A stretch of DNA of 17,947 nucleotides from IMG/VR virus record IMGVR_UViG_3300045988_020090, positions 1 through 17,947 of that record. The stretch is one strand, 5' to 3'. The notes under the pieces were generated by a model. That model worked only from the letters and a program-made list of their open reading frames with translations, made no database searches and was not told the origin of the DNA. This document shows, piece after piece, positions 12,231-17,947 of this stretch; positions within the stretch are counted from its first letter, which is position 1, and each line of letters opens with the position of its first letter. This stretch comes from a virus. The position numbers were made by a program, and so were the translations under genes.

Positions 12231-13706
12231 ATGTCCACAACACAGCACACCGGACACTACAATCTGCCGACGTTTGGAGATAATCCGAACGACCGTCCGT
12301 CATGGCGTGGCGATTTCACCGACGCAATGACGAAAATCGATAATCAGATGTACGCCAACGCGACCAACATCACCACGGCGACGGCGGCGGCGAACAACGC
12401 GACCACGGCGGCGAGCAAGGCAGCCGAGACGGCGGGCGGCGCACAGTCCACAGCCGATGACGCCGTGGCCCGATTGGACGCGCTCGGCGCAACCGGCAAT
12501 ACGGCGGCAGGTCAGCTTAAAACCAAGATCGACACCACGTCCACCGGGCTGAATGCGGTGAAATCCGACCTCAGCGTCTTCAAGACCTCCACCAATGGGA
12601 ATATTGCCTCATTGCAGAGCAAGAATACGGAAATCGAGAATAATTTAACCAGTATCACTTCATCGGTTCACGCCAACACAACCGGCATAACGGGCATTGA
12701 AGCGAATTTGAACGCGCTTCACGCCGATTCCACCACTAACGCGGCAACGCTATATAACACCATTCAGAACAGTTCTCGTGTTCTTGGCGTTAATCAGCCG
12801 TTCGTGTCTCGCGGCTCAAATATCATCGTGACTTTTGGTGATTCCTACGCCGACACCACGAACACTAGAAGCTGGGCATACATGCTCGCTCAAAAGCTGG
12901 GGTGGACGTTGCATAATTACGCAAAAAGCGGTGCCGGATACATCAGTCCGAACACCACTTACATGAGCGAGTTCAGCACAGCCAAGGCGGATACGTCCTA
13001 TGATCATGATGATGTATCGTTGGTGGTCATTGGAGGCTCTCGTAACGGCAACGACGGGTATTCGGGGACAGTCAAAACAGCCGCGCTGGAACTGTTTCAA
13101 GGAGTAAGCGGTGAATATCCCAATGCGCGAATCATCGCGGTACCGTTGCTATGGGATAAAACCCCGGTGTCAGGGTATTGGCGTTATAACGCCGCAAGCA
13201 TTGACGAGGCGGCGATACTGGCCGGAGTGGAATCCATACCGTGGGCATGGACGTGGAATCTTGGACGCGAAAACGCATTCGATAGTGAGAATATCCACCC
13301 CAACGAGCTGGGTACCAACGTCATCGTAAACTATATCATGCGATACATGCTCGGCGCGTACAATGGCCGACATGAGGTGTTCGTGTGGCGACCCGAGTCA
13401 AACCCTGCGGAATTTGTTCTTACCGTGGACGCAAGCGCGGGAACTATCTCATATGGTCTGTCGGTGGCGGGAGACGTCACGCCAGCGAAGTACACGGACG
13501 TGAGCGGACTGCCAATGTGGGCGTGGAACGCGTCGGATGAGACAAATCAGGGGCGGGCGTGGGTGGCGTCCATCACCAACGGCGCTACAAACACAACACT
13601 GTTCAAAATTGGCACTGACGGCCATTTTGGATGGCAGGGTTACACGACCAACCCCACGGCAACCCCTAACGGATTGGCTGGAGCGCAATTTACCAGAGCG
13701 TGGTAA
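12231..13706 (+). CDS. Tail fibre / appendage protein with an SGNH (GDSL) hydrolase domain, 491 aa
   Basis: - The N-terminal fibre-anchor-like motif is HYNLPTFGDNPNDRPSWRGDFTDAMTKID.
- A long A/T/N-rich coiled region follows.
- SGNH block I is IIVTFGDSYAD (Ser codon at 12843).
- Block III is VVIGGSRNGND.
- Block V is DSENIHPNELG (His codon at 13296). Confidence 0.75.
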   Translation: MSTTQHTGHYNLPTFGDNPNDRPSWRGDFTDAMTKIDNQMYANATNITTATAAANNATTAASKAAETAGGAQSTADDAVARLDALGATGNTAAGQLKTKIDTTSTGLNAVKSDLSVFKTSTNGNIASLQSKNTEIENNLTSITSSVHANTTGITGIEANLNALHADSTTNAATLYNTIQNSSRVLGVNQPFVSRGSNIIVTFGDSYADTTNTRSWAYMLAQKLGWTLHNYAKSGAGYISPNTTYMSEFSTAKADTSYDHDDVSLVVIGGSRNGNDGYSGTVKTAALELFQGVSGEYPNARIIAVPLLWDKTPVSGYWRYNAASIDEAAILAGVESIPWAWTWNLGRENAFDSENIHPNELGTNVIVNYIMRYMLGAYNGRHEVFVWRPESNPAEFVLTVDASAGTISYGLSVAGDVTPAKYTDVSGLPMWAWNASDETNQGRAWVASITNGATNTTLFKIGTDGHFGWQGYTTNPTATPNGLAGAQFTRAW

Positions 13707-13723
13707 CACGATTGGTGTTAACG

Positions 13724-13751
13724 ATACCCCACGGCCATTGCCGTGGGGTAT
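13724..13751 (+). terminator. Hairpin after the fibre gene
   Basis: ATACCCCACGG (13724-13734) pairs with CCGTGGGGTAT (13741-13751). The stem is 11 bp, the loop is 6 nt, and ACTGTTATTAT follows. Confidence 0.5.
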
Positions 13752-13760
13752 ACTGTTATT

Positions 13761-14975
13761 ATGGTAGACATACAAGCATGGTTGGAACGTACCCAAAACC
13801 AATACTGGGATATGGACGGTAGCTATGGCGCACAGTGCTGGGACTTATGGGCGAAATACTGTATGGATAATTACAATCTGTCGTTAGGTGATTGCATCAC
13901 GCCGACAGGTTACGCGGAGGGTAATTATACCATGTTCCCCACCACGTCCGCCGTGGGTCGTGTTTTTGAGAAAAAAGACGCAAACTATACGCCCGGCATG
14001 GGGGATGTCGTGTTTTGGAGGTTCGGCAGTCAAAACTACCCCGGCAGTCACGTAGCCATCGTATGGGGTGGCATTCAAGGCGACAGCATCGACGTGTTGA
14101 CGCAAAATCCAACGCCCGCCGTACATCAAACCCTACCGCTCGCGAAGGGGTCACAGCTTCTCGGTTATCTGCATCCCACGGCATTGCCGGAGCCGCCGGA
14201 ATCCGGCGATAACCCGACGGGCGGTGATAATCCGGGCGTGAAGGTGGACGGCGACATCTCCGCATGGATACAACTACAGGGTGATGATCTCGTATATCAC
14301 AGTGGCTCGGGCACGACATCATCGCAAGCCATTTTTTATAAGGCAACCGCCCAGACGTGGGTATATCGCGGCGGCACAGGTCAGCCAGACGCCGACCAAG
14401 GGCAGGGCACGCCAAGCGTAGGCGACGGGAAAAGCTCATACGCGCTCTATGTGATCGGTACCGTTGAATCATCATTGCGCTGGGATGCTGTTGAATCAAA
14501 CAATCAGGGTATCGGCATCGCACAATGGAGTTTTGGACGACGTTTGCAGGTCTTGAATGCGATGAGGGCGGTGGATGCTGTAGGGTATGAGGCGTTTGCC
14601 GCTGCCGCGCCGGGTATCGCCGCGCTCATGGAATCAGGCGGCACGTTCGATAGGGCGATGACCGGTGGCGAGGTTGCGGCGTTCCAGACGTGGGCGCGGC
14701 GTACGGAATCACGGCAGGGCCAGCGTAATCAGTTCGCAAAGGATTACGAGGGCTATCCGCTGATGTATGATGATGTGAAAATGCAGATACTGTGGGTGAG
14801 CGCTTATCATCAAAGCCCGGCGGGCGCGTTGAATGTGCCGCACTCCTCATCGCTTACGCAATTGTATAATAATATCCTTAATACGCCTCCGTTCGGGCCA
14901 TATGGGACACGCTATAATGCCGTCTATTCGCTGTTGAATGTGTGGGACGGCGCTAGTGCGCCGCCGAACTTTTAA
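13761..14975 (+). CDS. Tail-associated peptidoglycan hydrolase with an N-terminal CHAP domain and a C-terminal lysozyme/transglycosylase-like domain (functional analogue of phi29 gp13), 404 aa
   Basis: I prefer the ATG at 13761, because the GTG at 13743 lies inside the hairpin. CHAP is indicated by YGAQCWDL (Cys codon at 13836) and GSHVAIV (His codon at 14049). A Pro/Gly linker (PEPPESGDNPTGGDNPG) follows. Next, VESSLRWDAVESNNQGIGIAQWS (Glu codon at 14466) resembles the ES...A.S..GA.G..Q signature of SLT/GH23-type enzymes. Confidence 0.78.
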   Translation: MVDIQAWLERTQNQYWDMDGSYGAQCWDLWAKYCMDNYNLSLGDCITPTGYAEGNYTMFPTTSAVGRVFEKKDANYTPGMGDVVFWRFGSQNYPGSHVAIVWGGIQGDSIDVLTQNPTPAVHQTLPLAKGSQLLGYLHPTALPEPPESGDNPTGGDNPGVKVDGDISAWIQLQGDDLVYHSGSGTTSSQAIFYKATAQTWVYRGGTGQPDADQGQGTPSVGDGKSSYALYVIGTVESSLRWDAVESNNQGIGIAQWSFGRRLQVLNAMRAVDAVGYEAFAAAAPGIAALMESGGTFDRAMTGGEVAAFQTWARRTESRQGQRNQFAKDYEGYPLMYDDVKMQILWVSAYHQSPAGALNVPHSSSLTQLYNNILNTPPFGPYGTRYNAVYSLLNVWDGASAPPNF

Positions 14976-14977
14976 CA

Positions 14978-15015
14978 CAGTGACAAACCGGTAGATATAT
15001 ACCGGTTTGTCACTG
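14978..15015 (+). terminator. 16-bp perfect hairpin between the tail lysin and the ATPase gene
   Basis: CAGTGACAAACCGGTA (14978-14993) pairs with TACCGGTTTGTCACTG (15000-15015). The loop is GATATA and TTGTAT follows. Confidence 0.6.
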
Positions 15016-15027
15016 TTGTATGGTAGT

Positions 15028-16134
15028 ATGGATACTATGGAGAAACTGTTAGCCGAGGGCGATTATTACGACTACGGGCGTATATTATCCTATCACGCGC
15101 CTTGGATGTTCGTCATCGGCGCACGCGGCCTCGGCAAAACCTACGGTGCCAAAAAACTGGTCATAGGCGACTGGATTAAAAAACGATGGCAATTCATCTA
15201 TCTGCGCAGGACGGCGGAAGAACAAAAAAACAAGGGGACATGGTTCGCGGACATCGCGGAACAATACCCGGAGTTGGAATTTCGCGTGTCCGGCAATCAG
15301 GCAGAGTGTCACTGGCTGGATGACAGGGACGCCACCGTAGACAAGCATAATAAGAAGCGCCCAACATGGCATATCATGGGGTACTTCATTGCCCTCAGTC
15401 AGGCAGGACAAGTGAAATCGGTGGCCTACCCCAAGGTGCGGACGATAATCTTTGACGAGATTTTCCCCGATAACATGAGGTATTTGGGCGGTGAGGTAAC
15501 CGCACTTGAGGAATTTTACAATACGGTTGACCGTTGGAATGATAGAGTGCGAGTCATCATGTGCAGTAACGCGGTAACGTTGGCCAACCCGTATTTTTCG
15601 GCATTCAACATCAACCTGAAACCACAGTTTGACAATCACATGCAATACCAACGCTATTGCAACGGATTCATCATGGTAGAATTAGCCGACTACGGCGGAT
15701 TCAGCGCCAAGGTAGCCACATCGAAATTCGGACAGTTTTTACGCGAATATGATGAAAATTATGCGAATTATGCAATCAACAATGATTTCAGGGATAACGC
15801 CAATACCCTCATCAGTGACTTCAACAACGCCGGTTACGCGTTCACGCTAAGAACCACTGAATACGGTATTTTTAACATATACCAACAATTAAGCGATACC
15901 GACGAAGTACTATATATAATCACCAAAAAACAGCCTAAAATCACTAGGGACTTTACGTTTGATTACCGACTGGTCGACAATGATTGCATCATGCTCAAAC
16001 GCTCCGACGATATGACGCAGAAAATATTAAACGCCTATCGCGTCGGGCGGCTACGGTTTGAAACCCCGCAAATCAAAGCAGAGTTCAGTATGATACTTGG
16101 CGGCTTATTGCAACAATCAGGCATAAGAAAGTGA
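15028..16134 (+). CDS. DNA encapsidation ATPase (phi29 gp16-like), about 368 aa
   Basis: - Walker A is FVIGARGLGKTYG, against phi29 FVIGARGIGKSYA.
- QFIYLRR matches QFIYVRR.
- Walker B is AYPKVRTIIFDEIF, against AYPNVSTIVFDEF.
- RVRVIMCSNAVTLANPYFSAFNI matches RVRCICLSNAVSVVNPYFLFFNL.
- The start is uncertain: the TTG at 15007 lies inside the hairpin, so ATG 15028 or 15037 is more likely. Confidence 0.93.
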   Translation: MDTMEKLLAEGDYYDYGRILSYHAPWMFVIGARGLGKTYGAKKLVIGDWIKKRWQFIYLRRTAEEQKNKGTWFADIAEQYPELEFRVSGNQAECHWLDDRDATVDKHNKKRPTWHIMGYFIALSQAGQVKSVAYPKVRTIIFDEIFPDNMRYLGGEVTALEEFYNTVDRWNDRVRVIMCSNAVTLANPYFSAFNINLKPQFDNHMQYQRYCNGFIMVELADYGGFSAKVATSKFGQFLREYDENYANYAINNDFRDNANTLISDFNNAGYAFTLRTTEYGIFNIYQQLSDTDEVLYIITKKQPKITRDFTFDYRLVDNDCIMLKRSDDMTQKILNAYRVGRLRFETPQIKAEFSMILGGLLQQSGIRK

Positions 16135-16143
16135 GGAATATAT

Positions 16144-16509
16144 ATGCCCAATCATGAATTAATCGTTATCAGCATTGTGTTTCTGCTAGCGCTCATTGAC
16201 TACGTAACAGGCGTGGTCAACGCGGTTATGCACGGCGAATTGTCCAGTGAAAAAATGCGGAAGGGACTCGGGTACAAGTTCGCGTACTTGGCGATTATTT
16301 GCGTGGCGTTAATCGTTGAATACGGTTCGGATTACATTAACCTAGGAATCAAACTACCGTTATTCATGCCGGCGTGTGCAGGTATTTGTCTGATTGAAAT
16401 CACATCAATCATGGAAAACTGTGTGAAAATTAACCCCGAACTATCCAAATCAAATATTCTCAATATTTTCAAAGTCGATAAAAAGGAAAGCGACAGCAAA
16501 GAAGACTAG
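16144..16509 (+). CDS. Holin (Phage_holin_4_1-like), 121 aa
   Basis: GAGGAA precedes the ATG. There are three hydrophobic segments: LIVISIVFLLALIDYVTGVV, FAYLAIICVALIV and LPLFMPACAGICLIEITSIM. The E..SI.EN signature (IEITSIMEN) is present, the C-terminal tail is charged (KKESDSKED), and the gene is immediately upstream of the endolysin. Confidence 0.85.
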   Translation: MPNHELIVISIVFLLALIDYVTGVVNAVMHGELSSEKMRKGLGYKFAYLAIICVALIVEYGSDYINLGIKLPLFMPACAGICLIEITSIMENCVKINPELSKSNILNIFKVDKKESDSKED

Positions 16510-16518
16510 GAAGTAATC

Positions 16519-17328
16519 ATGGATGATATCACATGGGTAGGGTCCCCCAACCACTACAACGGGCGCAACGGCCACACCATAAGCCACATCACACTACATA
16601 TCATGGTCGGCACCCTAGCTGGCACCGACAGCGTTTTTCAACGCACCGGATACGCTTCGGCCCACTATGGCATCGGAGGCAACGGCGAGATACACCAGTA
16701 TGTGAGCGAGAGTGACGGCAGTTGGAGCGACGCGAACTATGCGAGCAACAACAGCACCGTAAGTATCGAGCACGAAGGCGGCATGACCGGAGTGCCTTGC
16801 ACACGCGCATGTATGGACGCTTCGGCCCGCCTGTGCGCCGATATCGCACGCCGTCAAAACTGGGACCACCTGTGGTACGACGGACTCAACGGTAACATCT
16901 GGCTACACCGCGAAATACCCGGAACCGACCACGCCGGATGTCCCGACCTCGCACCCAACGGACTTGACGTAAACTACGTCATCAACAAAGCAAACCAACT
17001 ACTCACACAAGGAGCAGATATGCCAGTCAAAACAGACCCCATCAACTGGTACGGACAAAACGTCACCGTCGAATACGCATTACAAGACCTGACTCACCGA
17101 ATTGACGCACTCGCCGCCCGACTCGGCCCCATCTCGGAAAAATACCCGTTCGACTACCTGCCCGCCATTCTGAACAACATCGAAAGCACCTATCTCGCTG
17201 TCAACGGTCTCAAACCCGACAACGGGAAAGAACTAACCAACGAACAGGTGGGCAAGCTAGCCGACAGCCTCAAAACCAGCCTCGGCCAGCAAGTGGCCGC
17301 AGAGCTCGCCAAACGACTCAACAACTAA
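16519..17328 (+). CDS. Endolysin, N-acetylmuramoyl-L-alanine amidase (Amidase_2/PGRP type) with an uncharacterised C-terminal region of about 100 aa, 269 aa
   Basis: AGGAAG precedes the ATG. The pattern is typical of Amidase_2: NHYNGRNGHTISHITLHIMVG, SAHYGIGGNGEIHQYVSESDGSWSDANYASNNSTVSIEHEG and HREIPGTDHAGCPD (His/His/Cys zinc ligands). I see no recognisable wall-binding repeat in the C-terminal third. Confidence 0.87.
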   Translation: MDDITWVGSPNHYNGRNGHTISHITLHIMVGTLAGTDSVFQRTGYASAHYGIGGNGEIHQYVSESDGSWSDANYASNNSTVSIEHEGGMTGVPCTRACMDASARLCADIARRQNWDHLWYDGLNGNIWLHREIPGTDHAGCPDLAPNGLDVNYVINKANQLLTQGADMPVKTDPINWYGQNVTVEYALQDLTHRIDALAARLGPISEKYPFDYLPAILNNIESTYLAVNGLKPDNGKELTNEQVGKLADSLKTSLGQQVAAELAKRLNN

Positions 17329-17335
17329 CACACAC

Positions 17336-17371
17336 AAAAAGCCTCTAGGCATATAGCCTAGGGGCTTTTTT
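17336..17371. terminator. Rho-independent terminator, potentially bidirectional
   Basis: AAAAA is followed by GCCTCTAGGC (17341-17350), which pairs with GCCTAGGGGC (17356-17365) with one G-U, and then by TTTTTT (17366-17371). The A tract on one side and T tract on the other let it serve both strands. Confidence 0.8.
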
Positions 17372-17401
17372 CTATATCTTAGCTCAAAACTCCTGCTCAG
17401 A

Positions 17402-17921
17402 TATCACCTTCACTCTTTTTCAATAGGAGTACTCAGGACGCTCAGAAACAAACCCCATCAAGCGATAAACAAAGCCCACCATATTATCCATAGCCGAACA
17501 AACCTCACCAGAACAAGAATCATACGTTTCAGTGAAGAATTTTACAATCACAAACCCCCTTAGACGATAGCGCAAGATAAGAACCTCCTTTCCGCCCAGC
17601 TCACCAGTCTCAAAACGAACAGAAATACCAGTCATCTCAACTACCATCCTTTCCGTACTCCTTGGCTGACAATTACATAATACACCACCACAAAACACAA
17701 CACACCCAACAACACAAAAAACGATAAAAAAACAACGAGATAAAAAACGCAGACAAAACAACAAGCAGAAACGACAACGAAAAAAAGCCAGCAAACACAA
17801 GAAGCACCAGAGACGGGACAAAAAAAGCACAACAAGAACGACAACAAAAAACACAGAACAGAGAGCAATAGCAAAACACACAACAGAACAGTTGTGGAAA
17901 AAGGATAGCTGCTGGGGGCCC
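17402..17921. repeat. Right inverted terminal repeat (ITR), 520 bp
   Basis: Exact reverse complement of 27-546 (position p pairs with 17948-p). Confidence 0.92.
17420..17647 (-). CDS. Hypothetical ITR-encoded protein, 75 aa (right copy, identical to 301-528)
   Basis: This is the mirror image of 301-528 within the right ITR. It is the only plausible minus-strand gene in the window and it reads inward toward the 17336-17371 terminator. Confidence 0.5.
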   Translation of the reverse strand: MVVEMTGISVRFETGELGGKEVLILRYRLRGFVIVKFFTETYDSCSGEVCSAMDNMVGFVYRLMGFVSERPEYSY

Positions 17922-17947
17922 AGATCGGAAGAGCGTCGTGTAGGGAA
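17922..17947. other. Sequencing-adapter remnant (reverse complement of the same adapter)
   Basis: Bases 17922-17947 read AGATCGGAAGAGCGTCGTGTAGGGAA, the reverse complement of 1-26. Confidence 0.95.

Noticed and set aside
13752-13767. A shared post-hairpin string, ACTGTT-(1-2 nt)-TATGGTAG, at 13752-13767 and 15012-15026. ATGGTAG also begins the ITR ORF at 301.
   Set aside because: A single gapped match of about 14 nt in 18 kb is roughly what chance allows. ATGGTAG also occurs inside the ATPase gene (15673). At 15020 the ATG is out of frame with the ATPase. I note it as a possible start-site motif, but the support is insufficient.
15007-15027. TTG start at 15007 for the ATPase gene, and GTG at 13743 for the tail lysin.
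   Set aside because: Both alternative starts lie inside the stems of strong hairpins (14978-15015 and 13724-13751). Downstream ATGs (15028/15037 and 13761) are more plausible. The exact ATPase start remains uncertain.
1-17947. A search for tRNA genes, CRISPR arrays, integrase or attachment sites, transposase genes and toxin-antitoxin or defence cassettes.
   Set aside because: I saw no cloverleaf-like candidates, no spaced direct-repeat arrays and no recombinase-like ORFs. The genome is fully accounted for by replication, morphogenesis and lysis genes plus the small early ORFs, which is consistent with a strictly lytic phi29-like phage.

Overview
After removing Illumina adapter remnants (1-26 and 17922-17947), the window is a complete linear phage genome of 17,895 bp (27-17921). 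It ends in a perfect 520-bp inverted terminal repeat (27-546 and 17402-17921). The gene content is that of a phi29-like, protein-primed podophage. By-eye comparison with remembered phi29 proteins matches six products: family-B DNA polymerase (gp2-like), major capsid protein with a Big_2 domain (gp8-like), tail knob (gp9-like), connector (gp10-like), lower collar (gp11-like) and encapsidation ATPase (gp16-like). Also present are a candidate terminal protein, a candidate SSB, a scaffold-like acidic protein, a fibre with an SGNH esterase domain, a CHAP plus lysozyme-like tail lysin, a holin and an Amidase_2 endolysin. Every gene is on the + strand except the right-hand copy of a small ITR-encoded ORF. 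The lysis and wall-hydrolase genes suggest a Gram-positive host. The main observations are:
- An almost A-free 206-nt tract inside each ITR.
- A duplicated ITR gene that reads inward from both ends.
- A 14-20-bp perfect palindrome (GTTTCACGTGAAAC core) present three times, in different coding contexts.
- A shortened polymerase N-terminal domain with no recognisable Exo I/II/III residues.
- A 187-nt structured non-coding region behind a perfect extended -10 box, which is a packaging-RNA candidate.
- A three-hairpin spacer after the capsid gene.

All homology statements rest on my own reading of the sequence, not on database searches.
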